The notes beneath the pieces are model-generated. The model searched no databases, had not been told where the DNA came from, and was given only the letters and a program-made list of their open reading frames with translations. Both the position numbers and the translations under genes were made by a program. 64,000 nt of DNA from an uncultured Ruminococcus sp. (GTDB lineage: Bacteria; Bacillota; Clostridia; Oscillospirales; CAG-272). The stretch's first letter is position 1, and each line of letters opens with the position of its first letter. Where the stretch lies: assembly GCA_964430105.1 (NCBI GenBank), contig CAYSEF010000001.1:16170-80169 (forward strand), in the 5' to 3' direction. Below are positions 18,913 through 28,984 of this stretch, in pieces.

Positions 18913-19410
18913 ATGTCTGTTATACTAATAGGAATGCCATCATGCGGAAAGAGCACAGTAGGTGTGTTGCTTGCTAAAAAGCTGGGATATAGATTTATAG
19001 ATTCGGATCTGCTTATTCAGGAAAGTGAAGGAAGGCTTTTGCATGATATCATTTCTGATGAAGGAATCGATGGTTTTATTGCAATAGAAAATAATGTTAA
19101 TTGCGGTATTGTTGATGAAAAAGCTGTAATTTCTACAGGCGGAAGCGCAGTTTATGGTAGCGAAGCTATGGCTCATCTGAAAACGCTTGGAAAAATCGTG
19201 TATCTTAATATTTCCTATGAAACAATGTCACAGCGACTGGGCGATTATGTGAACCGTGGTGTGGTCTTGCGTGAAGGCTATACACTCAAAGATATGTACG
19301 ATGAACGTGCTAAGCTGTACGAAAAATACGCCGATATTACAGTAAATTGTACAAATGCAAATATTAGCGAAACTCTGGATAATCTGTTGGAACACTTGAA
19401 TATTGAGTAA
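18913..19410 (+). CDS. aroK: shikimate kinase
   Basis: SD GGGAGG. P-loop GMPSCGKST. LGYRFIDSD substrate motif. 165 aa. Confidence 0.88.
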   Translation: MSVILIGMPSCGKSTVGVLLAKKLGYRFIDSDLLIQESEGRLLHDIISDEGIDGFIAIENNVNCGIVDEKAVISTGGSAVYGSEAMAHLKTLGKIVYLNISYETMSQRLGDYVNRGVVLREGYTLKDMYDERAKLYEKYADITVNCTNANISETLDNLLEHLNIE

Positions 19411-19506
19411 AAAGCTTAACTGAATACAAAATAGGACGGGATTGACAGGCATTGAATAAAAATAACCTCATAATATGTGATGAAAATCAATATTTAGGAG
19501 GAAAAT

Positions 19507-20202
19507 ATGCTTGAGTTGATATTGTCAATTTTTGCAGGATTCAGCGTTGCGACTCTTTCGTCTGCCGGTGGAATCGGAGTGGGGAGTAATAACTTTCCAC
19601 CCCCGCTTTCAAAGGAAGATGAAGTCAAGTATTTCAGAGCAGCACGATATGATGGTGATACAAATGCTCGTGCGAAGCTGATAGAGCATAACCTGAGATT
19701 GGTCGCTCATATTGTGAGAAAATACTATTCGTCAAGTAATTTAGAGGAAGATCTAATATCGATAGGCACAATAGGTCTTATTAAATCAGTAGATTCTTTC
19801 GATGTCGATAACGGTGCAAGATTCGCAACCTATGCAGCTAAATGCATACAAAACGAAATACTAATGTACTTTAGAACACAAAAAAAGCTGTCGCAGGAGG
19901 TCTCGATTAACGAAACTATCGATTCGGACAGCGAAGGAAATCCACTGACTTATGGTGATATTATCAAATGCGATGATACAATAGCTGATGATATCGATAC
20001 TAAAATAAAACTTTCCAAAGCAACAGAATATATAATGAAGAATTTAGATAAACGAGAGCGTGAAATAATCATAATGCGTTACGGACTGGGCAATAACGCC
20101 GCAATAACGCAAAGAGAAGTGGCAACAAAGCTTGGTATTTCGAGAAGCTATGTTTCAAGAATCGAAAAAAATGCTCTTGAAAAAATTCGCTCGGTACTTT
20201 AA
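19507..20202 (+). CDS. sigK: sporulation sigma factor SigK precursor (uninterrupted)
   Basis: Hydrophobic pro-sequence, then NNFPPPLSKEDE and LIEHNLRLVAHIVRKY, DLISIGTIGLIK, and region 4 ISRSYVSRIEKNAL. These match the SigK rather than the SigE signature (SigE has LIERNLRLVVYIARKF). Confidence 0.8.
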   Translation: MLELILSIFAGFSVATLSSAGGIGVGSNNFPPPLSKEDEVKYFRAARYDGDTNARAKLIEHNLRLVAHIVRKYYSSSNLEEDLISIGTIGLIKSVDSFDVDNGARFATYAAKCIQNEILMYFRTQKKLSQEVSINETIDSDSEGNPLTYGDIIKCDDTIADDIDTKIKLSKATEYIMKNLDKREREIIIMRYGLGNNAAITQREVATKLGISRSYVSRIEKNALEKIRSVL

Positions 20203-20411
20203 TATCTTTAATATGTACAGAACACTCCGCGCGAAAGTGCCCTGCGATAAATTTATCAAATCTATATAAAAGAACGTGTTTGATCGTTCTGAATATATTA
20301 TGAACATACTTGCAATAAATTATGAATACATGACCTGAGAATATTTTGACAATGCAGTATGAGGATATTGTTGTTAAGTTCAAAAAAATAAAAAAACTTT
20401 TGCAAAACCTA

Positions 20412-20440
20412 TTGACAAAACATAACGGTTGTTGTATAAT
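20412..20440 (+). promoter_or_regulatory. sigma-A promoter of infC-rpmI-rplT
   Basis: TTGACA (20412-20417), 17-nt spacer, TATAAT (20435-20440). Confidence 0.7.
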
Positions 20441-20446
20441 ACATGA

Positions 20447-20575
20447 AGAAAAACGAAGTAGAACTTCTCCGTTCTCACCTTACTGCAATCAGGCACGATA
20501 AGGTCAATATGATTTGCACTATAGGTGCGTTTTGTCGTGCGGAGAATGTTCTTTGTGCGATTTTTTGTTATATTT
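20447..20575 (+). promoter_or_regulatory. infC leader with attenuator hairpin (probable L20-responsive ribosomal-protein leader)
   Basis: ~130-nt untranslated leader with small hairpins (GAAG..CTTC, GCAC..GTGC). A 10-bp stem at 20535-20560 (TCGTGCGGAG/CTTTGTGCGA, four G-U pairs) is followed by TTTTTT at 20561-20566, just before the infC SD. Confidence 0.5.
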
Positions 20576-20589
20576 GGAGGTGCTTAACC

Positions 20590-21114
20590 ATTAGCGCGAA
20601 AGAACTTATCATTAACGATGACATTAGAGTCAAAGAAATACGTATGCTCGATGAAGATAACGGTCAGCTCGGTATCATGAGCTTGAACGATGCTAAAGCG
20701 TACGCTTACGACCGCGGATTAGATCTTGTGTTGATCGCTCCGAATGCAACCCCTCCCGTTTGTCGTGCCATGGACTACGGTAAATACCGCTATGAACTCG
20801 ACAAGAGAGAGAAGGAAGCTAAGAAGAAGCAGCAGACTGTTGAAGTAAAAGAAGTACAGCTCTCCTGTCGAATCGATACGCATGACTTTGAAACAAAAGC
20901 CAACCGCGCCATCAAGTTCCTGCAGGACGGAAATAAAGTTCGTGTATGTCTCCGCTTTAGAGGCCGTGAGATTGCACATCAGGAACTCGGCAAAGAAATG
21001 CTCGCTAAATTTGAAGAAGCTGTTGCTGAGGTCGGCGCAGTCGATAAGAAGCCTACACTTGAAGGAAGACAGATGATAATGTTTGTCAACCCGGTAAAGA
21101 ATACGGCTAAGTGA
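20590..21114 (+). CDS. infC: translation initiation factor IF-3, ATT start codon
   Basis: GGAGG (20576-20580) lies 9 nt before ATT 20590. Translation ISAKELIINDDIRVKEIRMLDEDNGQLGI...PPVCRAMDYGKYRYE. No ATG or GTG is suitably placed. Confidence 0.88.
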   Translation: MSAKELIINDDIRVKEIRMLDEDNGQLGIMSLNDAKAYAYDRGLDLVLIAPNATPPVCRAMDYGKYRYELDKREKEAKKKQQTVEVKEVQLSCRIDTHDFETKANRAIKFLQDGNKVRVCLRFRGREIAHQELGKEMLAKFEEAVAEVGAVDKKPTLEGRQMIMFVNPVKNTAK

Positions 21115-21200
21115 TATCGCGCTGTGGATAGTTCCATTTGCAAAGGAACGCCATAAATTACGACAAAGCATAATTAACCATACCGAAAGGAAACGCAAAA

Positions 21201-21398
21201 ATGGGAAAGATCAAGACACATAAGGCATCTGCCAAGAGATTTGCCGTTACAGGTACCGGTAAAGTAAAGGTTTTCCACTCTGATCACAGACATAACCTCG
21301 GTCAGAAAACCTCAAAGAGAAAGAGACACCTCAGAAGCAGCCAGATCCTCAGCCCCGCTATGACAGCTAATGTCAAGAGACTGATTAACAAGGACTAA
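21201..21398 (+). CDS. rpmI: 50S ribosomal protein L35
   Basis: 65 aa, MGKIKTHKASAKRF... Confidence 0.92.
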   Translation: MGKIKTHKASAKRFAVTGTGKVKVFHSDHRHNLGQKTSKRKRHLRSSQILSPAMTANVKRLINKD

Positions 21399-21443
21399 GA
21401 CTGAACGAGAACATACCTGTAAACAGAGAAAGGAATATATAAA

Positions 21444-21797
21444 ATGGCTAGAGTTAAAGGCGCAATGATGACGCGCAAAAGAAGAAATAAAGTCTTAAAG
21501 GCTGCCAAGGGCTATTGGGGTTCCAAGTCTAAGCACTTCAAGATGGCTAAGCAGGCCGTTATGAAGTCGGGCAACTATGCATATATCGGACGTAAGCAGA
21601 AGAAGAGAGAGTTCCGCGCACTGTGGATCACTCGTATCTCCGCTCAGGCGAAGGTAAACGGCATGAACTATTCAACACTTATGCATGGTCTTAAGCTTGC
21701 CGGTGTTGACCTCAACCGTAAGATGCTCGCTGAAATCGCAGTATCCGATAAGGAAGCATTTGCTTCTCTCTGCGAAACTGCAAAGGCTGCTCTTTAA
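21444..21797 (+). CDS. rplT: 50S ribosomal protein L20
   Basis: 117 aa, [26 protein letters not shown]... Confidence 0.93.
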   Translation: MARVKGAMMTRKRRNKVLKAAKGYWGSKSKHFKMAKQAVMKSGNYAYIGRKQKKREFRALWITRISAQAKVNGMNYSTLMHGLKLAGVDLNRKMLAEIAVSDKEAFASLCETAKAAL

Positions 21798-21811
21798 TCG
21801 AACATAAAATC

Positions 21812-21842
21812 GGGGGTGTTGCGGCTTGTGACACCCTTTTAT
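21812..21842 (+). terminator. intrinsic terminator after rplT
   Basis: GGGTGT (21814-21819) / ACACCC (21831-21836) stem, followed by TTTTAT. Confidence 0.7.
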
Positions 21843-21850
21843 TATTAATT

Positions 21851-22699
21851 ATGAATACTGAATTATTTCTCGATAAATTCAAGGCTGACTATGTACAGTC
21901 AAGAACAAACCTAAAAACTGTCACATTTTCTAAGCTTTCGGATAAAAAATTTCGTGACAGATCAAAGCTTTTTCTTGCGGAAGGTGTTAAACTAACCGAG
22001 GAAGTACTTAAATATGTTAAAAATGTCGATACGGTAATCTTCTCACAGTCCGCTGTGATGCGTCAGGATGATCGGATTTTGAAAATTGCGGAAACAGCGA
22101 ATGAGCTTGACATAAGAGTGAGCGTGTTCGCGGATTCCGCATTTGAAAAAATATCCACTGAATCTGCTCCGCAAGGTGTAATTGCAGTTGTCCCGTATCT
22201 TGAAGAATTGCATCAAAAAATAGATTTTAATACCTGGCAGAAGGATAGAAGATTGCTCATGCTCGATGAGATACGTGATCCCGGTAATCTCGGTACAATC
22301 ATGCGTTCAGCTGAAGCAATGGGTATAAATGGCATTATTCTGTTCGGATGTGCAGATATATATAGTCCTAAGGTCGTGCGAGCAGCTATGGGAACGCTCT
22401 TTCGTATGCCTGTATTTGTCGCTGATAGCTGTGTTGATTGTATTGAAACAATGAAGCAAAACGGACGCAGAGTTTTAGCTACAGCTTTGGGCGAACATAC
22501 TTTGACACTCGGAGAATATGATATCGACCACAGCGATTGTCCGATAATCGGAAACGAAGGACATGGTATTTCTGATGAAATTATAGAAAAATGCACTGCT
22601 TGCGTAAGAATACCGATGGCAGGAAATACTGAAAGCCTTAATGCCTCAGCAGCTGCAACGTGTATTCTGTGGGAGTATTTTAGAAAAACAACAAAGTAA
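21851..22699 (+). CDS. TrmH/SpoU family RNA 2'-O-methyltransferase
   Basis: SpoU motifs DPGNLGTIMRSA, GNEGHGIS and IPMAGNTESLNASAAAT. No SD before ATG 21851. Confidence 0.8.
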   Translation: MNTELFLDKFKADYVQSRTNLKTVTFSKLSDKKFRDRSKLFLAEGVKLTEEVLKYVKNVDTVIFSQSAVMRQDDRILKIAETANELDIRVSVFADSAFEKISTESAPQGVIAVVPYLEELHQKIDFNTWQKDRRLLMLDEIRDPGNLGTIMRSAEAMGINGIILFGCADIYSPKVVRAAMGTLFRMPVFVADSCVDCIETMKQNGRRVLATALGEHTLTLGEYDIDHSDCPIIGNEGHGISDEIIEKCTACVRIPMAGNTESLNASAAATCILWEYFRKTTK

Positions 22700-22753
22700 T
22701 CGTTTTTTTGGTTCTGCACATTAGAATTAATTTAATTGTAAAAGGAGAACAGT

Positions 22754-24256
22754 ATGTTGGACGATCATAGACTGTATTGGATATGGCTGGCGGAATCGTT
22801 CAGACAGGGAAATAAACTCGCTGCAAAGCTTGTGCAAAGATATGGTGGAGCAGCGGAGATATACGATGGTGCGGCTGATGATATCAAGGAAGATGAGATT
22901 TTTACAGCTGAAAATGTCACAAAGATAAAGAAATCGTTGCGTGACCGTTCTCTTGTTCGAGCAGAACAAATATTAGCAAGATGCGAACAGTTGGGTATAT
23001 CCGTCATTACCCCGCAGGACGATGATTTTCCTGCTAAACTAAAAACTCTTCACGATATGCCAATAGTTCTGTATGTGCTTGGTAAATTGCCCGATTGCGA
23101 TACCTGCCTGCTTACAACAATTGTTGGTACCAGAAAAATGTCCGATTATGGAAGAAAAATCGCTTATTCATTGGGTGCAGGACTTGCTTTTGGCGGTGCT
23201 GTTGTGGTAAGCGGAATGGCACTTGGAGCTGATAGTATGGCTCTTATCGGTGCACTTGATGCCGGAGGTAATGTGGTGGCAGTGCTTGGTTCCGGTGTTG
23301 ACGTTATATATCCTGCCGATCATAAAGAAATATATAGAAAAATTGCAGAACGTGGTGCGATAGTATCAGAATATCCACCGGGTTCACCACCAATCGGAAG
23401 CCATTTTCCTGTGCGAAATCGTATTATGAGTGGTATTTCAGATGCTACAGTTGTAGTTGAAGGTAGTGCCTTTAGCGGAGCTATGATCACTGCTAACCAC
23501 GCTATAACACAGGGAAGAAAGCTGTTTGCAGTACCCGGAAATGTTGGCGACGAAGGCTCGGAAGGTACGAATATGCTTCTCAGAGAAGGCGCAATACCTG
23601 TGCTTTGCGCTGAAGATATCCTGTGTGAATTTGAGTTTATCTATAGTAATAAAATTAATATAGACCATGCAAATAACAGCCTCCGTGGCTTGGATATGGA
23701 TAAACTGTCGTTGAATGCGATGTCGCGAACAAGAATAGGAACAGGTTCCGGAAAAGTTGGAGCAGAGAAGAATTATTACGGCAGTGGTTCGTACGGTGGA
23801 CGTGCTCCTAAGAAAACTTTTGATGATGTCAGCCAAAATCAAGGCTCAGCACAAACTGCAAAAATATCAGGAAATAATACGCAAAGACAAACTGCATCAA
23901 AAAAAGAAAAAGCAAATGTAGTAGGTGCGAAAAATCTATTTAGCGGTATCATTTCGGGATTAAAAGATAAAAATGAGCCTAAAAAAGAGAAAATCACAGA
24001 AAATTCTGATAAAAAAGTCATTCCGGCAAGAAAAATTGAGCTTGATATGCTTGATGAATCCGAAATCAAGGTATATAATAAAATGAAGCCGAATGTACCT
24101 ATGCTACCTGATGAATTGGTTGATGAAAATACAACAGTTGCAGATGTAATGAGCGCACTGACAATGCTTGAAATGGCAGGTGCTGTCGATTCAGGTGGCG
24201 GAGGATATTTCATGCGAACATCGCCTGACGATATTATGCAGTCAATAAATGATTGA
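22754..24256 (+). CDS. dprA: DNA processing protein DprA/Smf with extended low-complexity linker
   Basis: SD AAGGAG. Rossmann-like core GTRKMSDYG...GMALGADS...VVEGSAFSGAMITA. C-terminal winged-helix-like ADVMSALTMLEMAGAV. Confidence 0.85.
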   Translation: MLDDHRLYWIWLAESFRQGNKLAAKLVQRYGGAAEIYDGAADDIKEDEIFTAENVTKIKKSLRDRSLVRAEQILARCEQLGISVITPQDDDFPAKLKTLHDMPIVLYVLGKLPDCDTCLLTTIVGTRKMSDYGRKIAYSLGAGLAFGGAVVVSGMALGADSMALIGALDAGGNVVAVLGSGVDVIYPADHKEIYRKIAERGAIVSEYPPGSPPIGSHFPVRNRIMSGISDATVVVEGSAFSGAMITANHAITQGRKLFAVPGNVGDEGSEGTNMLLREGAIPVLCAEDILCEFEFIYSNKINIDHANNSLRGLDMDKLSLNAMSRTRIGTGSGKVGAEKNYYGSGSYGGRAPKKTFDDVSQNQGSAQTAKISGNNTQRQTASKKEKANVVGAKNLFSGIISGLKDKNEPKKEKITENSDKKVIPARKIELDMLDESEIKVYNKMKPNVPMLPDELVDENTTVADVMSALTMLEMAGAVDSGGGGYFMRTSPDDIMQSIND

Positions 24257-24308
24257 TACGATGTAACGATAAATTGAAATAATTTGCACTATTGAAGGGA
24301 AAACATAA

Positions 24309-26579
24309 ATGACAAATCTTGTAATCATGGAGTCGCCTACAAAAGCTAATACCGTAAAGAGCTATCTTGGCTCAACATATAAGGTAGTTGGCTGTATAGG
24401 ACATATCCGTGACCTTCCGAAATCAACCCTTGGTATTGACCTGGAAAATAATTTTGAAGCACACTATATAAATATTCGAGGAAAAGGCGAACTCATCAAA
24501 GAGCTGAAAAAAGAAGTAAAGAATGCTGACCGAATTTTCCTTGCAACTGACCCTGACCGTGAAGGCGAAGCTATAGCATGGCATCTTTCAGTCGCATTGC
24601 AGATACCTCCGGAAAAGCTCAAAAGAGTTACTTTTAACGAAATAACAAAAACTGTAGTTAAAGAGGGCATAAAAAAGCCACGTGATATCGACATGGATGT
24701 TGTAAACGCACAGCAGACTCGTCGAATCCTTGACAGAATAGTTGGCTATAAGCTTTCTCCATTCCTTTGGAAAACCGTAAAGAGTGGTCTTTCTGCCGGA
24801 AGAGTTCAGTCTGTTGCAACAAAGATCATCGTTGACCGTGAAAATGAAATACGTGCATTCATTCCAAAGGAATATTGGACTGTTGAGGCTATGCTTAAGG
24901 CTTCCGACGGTAAGGAGTTCGAGGCTCGCTTCTGGGGAAAAGAAAATTCAAAAACTAAAATGGAGCTTGATTGTGAAGCTGATGCAAGAGCTATTTACGA
25001 TCAGGTTAATGGTAAACAGTTCCGTGTCGCTGAAATTAAAAGAGGAAAAAAGCTGAAAAATCCCGCACCTCCTTTTACAACATCAACATTACAGCAGGAA
25101 GCATCGCGTAAGCTGAATTTCCAGTCTGCACGCACAATGAAGGTTGCGCAGGAGCTTTATGAAGGTATCAATCTCGGCTCCGAATTTGGTGGCACACAAG
25201 GTCTTATAACATATATGCGTACAGACTCATTGCGTATATCTGATGAAGCACGTGCAGCCGCAAAGGAATATATCACCGAAAAATACGGTGCAGAGTATTA
25301 TCCTAAGAATCCTCGTATCTACAAATCTAAAGCAAATGCACAGGATGCCCATGAAGCTATTCGTCCTTCCGCAACCATAGAACCGTCGAGAATAAGAAAA
25401 CTGCTTACTTCCGATCAGTATAAGCTGTATAAACTGATCTGGGATCGCTTTATCGCAAGTCAGATGGAGTCGGCAGAGCTTTCTACAGTTCAGACTGATT
25501 TTAATTGTGCAGGAAATATCTTCCGTGCAAGCGGATATACCGTGAAGTTCCCCGGATATATGGCACTTTACGAAGAATCTACTGATGATACTAATCAGAA
25601 TGACGAAAAGAATACTCGCCTTCCTGTAATAAGTGAGAATGAAATGCTTGATTCCGTAAAGGTTACTCCAAATCAGCATTTTACAGAACCTCCGGCAAGA
25701 TATACAGAAGCTTCTCTTGTGAAATTCCTTGAAGAAAAGGGAATAGGCAGACCGAGTACCTATACTACGATCATGTCGATTATCAATACACGTGGCTATG
25801 TTAAGCGTGAGGGAAAATCTCTCGTGCCGACTCCACTTGGTGATATCACAACTAAGCTTATGTGCGAGAATTTCCCCGATATAGTAGATTATAAATTTAC
25901 CGCATCTATGGAAAATCAGCTTGATGAAATCGAAAACGGCGAAAACACTATGCTTGCGGTACTTAGTAATTTCTATACAGGCTTTGCGGAAGAACTCGAA
26001 AAGGCACAGGCTAATGTTGCTGAAAAGGATATTGAACTTCCTGTAGAGGAAACCGATATAATTTGTGAGCATTGCGGAAGCCGTATGGTCGTAAAGAATG
26101 GTCGATTTGGCAAATTCGCAGCTTGCCCTAATTATCCTACCTGCAAAAATACAAAACCGCTTGCCAAAACAGGTGACGGTCTTGTTGAAAAGAAACCTGA
26201 AATATCCGATGAAAAATGCGAGCTGTGTGGCGCAGATATGATACTTCGCACAGGTCGCTACGGAAGCTTCTATGCTTGCTCAAGATATCCGGAATGTAAA
26301 TTCACTAAGCAAAAGGTTCGTCCGCTCGGAGTTCCTTGCCCGCAGTGTGGTGCGGATATCGTAACCAAGCATGGCAAGAATAAAACAGTATTCTATAGTT
26401 GCTCGAAATATCCCGAATGTACATTCTCGTCATGGGATATGCCTACAAATGAAAAGTGTCCCACCTGCGGAGGAATGCTCTATCGTAAAAAGGGAAAGAA
26501 TCAGCTCGTTTGTAAAGCAGAGAACTGTGGCTTCAAAAAAGATGTAGTAGAGGAAAACGAAGATACTACAGAAGAATAA
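24309..26579 (+). CDS. topA: DNA topoisomerase I
   Basis: TOPRIM LVIMESPTKA...DPDREGEAIAWH. Active-site Tyr context YMRTDS. Four C-terminal CxxC...CxxC zinc ribbons. Confidence 0.93.
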   Translation: MTNLVIMESPTKANTVKSYLGSTYKVVGCIGHIRDLPKSTLGIDLENNFEAHYINIRGKGELIKELKKEVKNADRIFLATDPDREGEAIAWHLSVALQIPPEKLKRVTFNEITKTVVKEGIKKPRDIDMDVVNAQQTRRILDRIVGYKLSPFLWKTVKSGLSAGRVQSVATKIIVDRENEIRAFIPKEYWTVEAMLKASDGKEFEARFWGKENSKTKMELDCEADARAIYDQVNGKQFRVAEIKRGKKLKNPAPPFTTSTLQQEASRKLNFQSARTMKVAQELYEGINLGSEFGGTQGLITYMRTDSLRISDEARAAAKEYITEKYGAEYYPKNPRIYKSKANAQDAHEAIRPSATIEPSRIRKLLTSDQYKLYKLIWDRFIASQMESAELSTVQTDFNCAGNIFRASGYTVKFPGYMALYEESTDDTNQNDEKNTRLPVISENEMLDSVKVTPNQHFTEPPARYTEASLVKFLEEKGIGRPSTYTTIMSIINTRGYVKREGKSLVPTPLGDITTKLMCENFPDIVDYKFTASMENQLDEIENGENTMLAVLSNFYTGFAEELEKAQANVAEKDIELPVEETDIICEHCGSRMVVKNGRFGKFAACPNYPTCKNTKPLAKTGDGLVEKKPEISDEKCELCGADMILRTGRYGSFYACSRYPECKFTKQKVRPLGVPCPQCGADIVTKHGKNKTVFYSCSKYPECTFSSWDMPTNEKCPTCGGMLYRKKGKNQLVCKAENCGFKKDVVEENEDTTEE

Positions 26580-26634
26580 TATAAAATTCGGGAATTAAAA
26601 ACTAACGATCAATAATATAATTTTTATCTGAATT

Positions 26635-27966
26635 ATGAAAAATATAAATGTATACGGTGCAGGGCTTGCCGGCAGTGAAGCAGCATGGCAGGCAGCAAAA
26701 CAAGGCGTTCATGTTACACTTTATGAAATGAAGCCGAATAAAAAATCTCCCGCACATCATTCAAATGGATTTGCAGAGCTTGTTTGCTCAAATTCTTTGA
26801 GATCAGCGGAAATCACAAATGGTGCAGGCCTTTTGAAAGAAGAGCTTGCACGAATGGGCTCTATCATTATGGAAGCCGCAAGAAAAACTCAGGTAGCGGC
26901 AGGTGGCGCTCTTGCTGTTGACAGAAATCTCTTTTCTGAATATGTAACAGAAAAAATTCGCTCAAATCCTAATATTACGGTTGTCGAGAGTGAGGCCACC
27001 GAATTGCCAAGTGATGAAATCACAGTGGTGGCAACAGGACCTCTCACATCAGATGCGCTTGCCGAAAAAATAAGCGAGCTTATCGGCGGAAAAAGCCTCT
27101 ATTTCTATGATGCCGCCGCACCGATAGTTGATGCAGAGTCTATTGATATGACAAAAGCATTCTTTGCAACTCGATATGATAAAGGCACACCTGACTATAT
27201 AAATTGCCCGTTCACAGAGGAAGAATATAAAGCCTTTTATAACGCACTTGTAACTGCGGAAGAAGCAAAATTGCATGATTTTGAATCAGGTAATAAGCTT
27301 AAGGTTTTTGAAGGCTGTATGCCTGTTGAAGTAATGGCAAAGCGTGGTGAAGATACGTTGCGTTTTGGCCCAATGAAGCCTGTAGGAATTAAGCATCCCG
27401 AAACAGGTGAGGAATTCTATGCTATCGTACAGCTCAGAAAGGAAAATGACCACGGATCAATGTATAACCTGGTCGGCTTCCAAACTCATCTTACGTGGGG
27501 CGAACAGAAGCGTGTGTTCAGAATGATTCCCGGACTTGAAAATGCCGAATTTCTTCGCTATGGTGTTATGCACCGCAATACCTTCCTTTGTTCACCCGAA
27601 CTTCTCAATGCAGATTATTCCATGCGTGAGCATCCTAATCTCTATTTTGCAGGCCAGATGACAGGCGTGGAAGGCTATATTGAATCAGCAGCTTCCGGAT
27701 ATGTTGCCGGAGTCAATGCAGCATTGAAAGCGCAGGATAAAGAAGCGTTCATATTCCCCGAAGAAATGATGATAGGTGCAATGGCTTACTATATTTCGCA
27801 CGGTGAAAAAACGATTTTTCAACCAATGAACGCTAATTTTGGCGTAATGCCACCTCTTGGATATAAAGTGAAAGGCGGAAAGCGAGCTAGAAATGAAGAA
27901 TACGCTAAACGCGCACTTTCAAAAACTGACGAGATAGTAAAAGTAATGGAAAGCATATTGGAGTAA
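26635..27966 (+). CDS. trmFO: methylenetetrahydrofolate--tRNA-(uracil-5-)-methyltransferase TrmFO
   Basis: FAD fold [14 protein letters not shown]. 443 aa. Conserved position after topA. Confidence 0.9.
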   Translation: MKNINVYGAGLAGSEAAWQAAKQGVHVTLYEMKPNKKSPAHHSNGFAELVCSNSLRSAEITNGAGLLKEELARMGSIIMEAARKTQVAAGGALAVDRNLFSEYVTEKIRSNPNITVVESEATELPSDEITVVATGPLTSDALAEKISELIGGKSLYFYDAAAPIVDAESIDMTKAFFATRYDKGTPDYINCPFTEEEYKAFYNALVTAEEAKLHDFESGNKLKVFEGCMPVEVMAKRGEDTLRFGPMKPVGIKHPETGEEFYAIVQLRKENDHGSMYNLVGFQTHLTWGEQKRVFRMIPGLENAEFLRYGVMHRNTFLCSPELLNADYSMREHPNLYFAGQMTGVEGYIESAASGYVAGVNAALKAQDKEAFIFPEEMMIGAMAYYISHGEKTIFQPMNANFGVMPPLGYKVKGGKRARNEEYAKRALSKTDEIVKVMESILE

Positions 27967-27969
27967 GAA

Positions 27970-28977
27970 ATGGATATAGTAATAGATGCAATGGGTGGAG
28001 ATAACGCACCTTCTGAGATAATCAAGGGTGCAGCCCTCGCTTCACAGAAATATAAATCCAAACTGATACTCGTCGGAGATAAGACGAAGATCGAAAAACA
28101 CCTCAAGGAAAACGAAGCAGATACTCGTATTATCGATATCGTACATACGGATTCTGTTATCACAATGGAAGATGATCCACTTGTCGTTGTTCGTTCTAAA
28201 AAGGATTCATCAATGGCTAAGGGATTGAACCTTCTCAAAGACGGAGCAGATGCTTTTGTTTCCGCAGGAAATACAGGAGCATTGCACGCCGGTTCATCGT
28301 TGATGATACGAACAATTAAAGGGGTACAGCGTTCCGGTATTGCAACAATATTGCCGTTTGAAAGACCTATGCTCTTGATGGATTCAGGCGCAAACGTCAA
28401 TGTTACTGCTGATTATCTTGTTCAGTGGGCAATGATGGGCTCGATCTACATGAAGAACGTTCTTGGAGTTGATAATCCGGAAGTTGGACTTCTCAATAAT
28501 GGTGCCGAAGAACATAAGGGTACACAAATTCAGATCGATGCGTATCAAAAGCTTAAAGAAAGTGAAGCTGTCAAGTTTATTGGAAATGTAGAAGGTAAGG
28601 AACTTCCTGTTGCTAAGTGCGATGTGCTTGTAACAGACGGCTTTACCGGTAATATTACACTTAAACTTGTTGAAGGCTTGTCAAGCTATTTCTTCGGACT
28701 GTTAAAGAATATGTATACTCAAAACTTTATGACGAAGATGTCATTCCTCGTTATGAAGGATTCTCTGCGAGATATCAAGCATCAGTTTGATTCAGCTGAG
28801 TATGGCGGAGCACCGCTTTTGGGCTTGCAGAAACCGGTCATTAAAGCACATGGCAGTTCAGATGCGAGAGCAATCTGTAATGCCGTAAAACAGGCAGAAG
28901 CATTCGTAAAAACAGGCGTTATAAAAGATATAACTGAAGTAATGCAAAATTATTCAAAGAAGAAAACGGAAGAATAA
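27970..28977 (+). CDS. plsX: phosphate acyltransferase PlsX
   Basis: MDIVIDAMGGDNAP... and GFTGNITLK motif. Confidence 0.92.
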   Translation: MDIVIDAMGGDNAPSEIIKGAALASQKYKSKLILVGDKTKIEKHLKENEADTRIIDIVHTDSVITMEDDPLVVVRSKKDSSMAKGLNLLKDGADAFVSAGNTGALHAGSSLMIRTIKGVQRSGIATILPFERPMLLMDSGANVNVTADYLVQWAMMGSIYMKNVLGVDNPEVGLLNNGAEEHKGTQIQIDAYQKLKESEAVKFIGNVEGKELPVAKCDVLVTDGFTGNITLKLVEGLSSYFFGLLKNMYTQNFMTKMSFLVMKDSLRDIKHQFDSAEYGGAPLLGLQKPVIKAHGSSDARAICNAVKQAEAFVKTGVIKDITEVMQNYSKKKTEE

Positions 28978-28984
28978 TTGTAAT

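Noticed and set aside
19507-20202. Possible skin-like intervening element or split sigK
   Set aside because: The ORF is continuous from the pro-sequence to region 4.2, with all sigma-70 regions present. No recombinase or prophage genes lie nearby.
20203-20411. ~200-nt gap between sigK and the infC promoter, considered for a small RNA or riboswitch
   Set aside because: Only short hairpins are present (AGAACG..CGTTCT, GCGC-gaaa-GTGC). There is no promoter/terminator pair and no conserved riboswitch core that I can recognise.
20443-20589. N-terminal 49 codons of the infC track ORF (ATG at 20443)
   Set aside because: This stretch covers the transcription start region and the attenuator hairpin. 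The IF-3 homology begins only at the ATT codon at 20590, which has a proper GGAGG SD.
25227-26072. Long antisense ORFs inside topA. The same class includes 40150..40896 in leuS, 46116..46892 in the GH38 gene, 52348..53103 in an ABC gene, 22213..22719 in trmH, 27819..28400 in plsX, 16414..17022 and 17475..18017 in the Opp ATPases, and 7638..8144 in the permease.
   Set aside because: All are embedded opposite well-supported genes. They have low-complexity Cys/Ile/Phe-rich translations, lack SD sequences and have no recognisable motifs.
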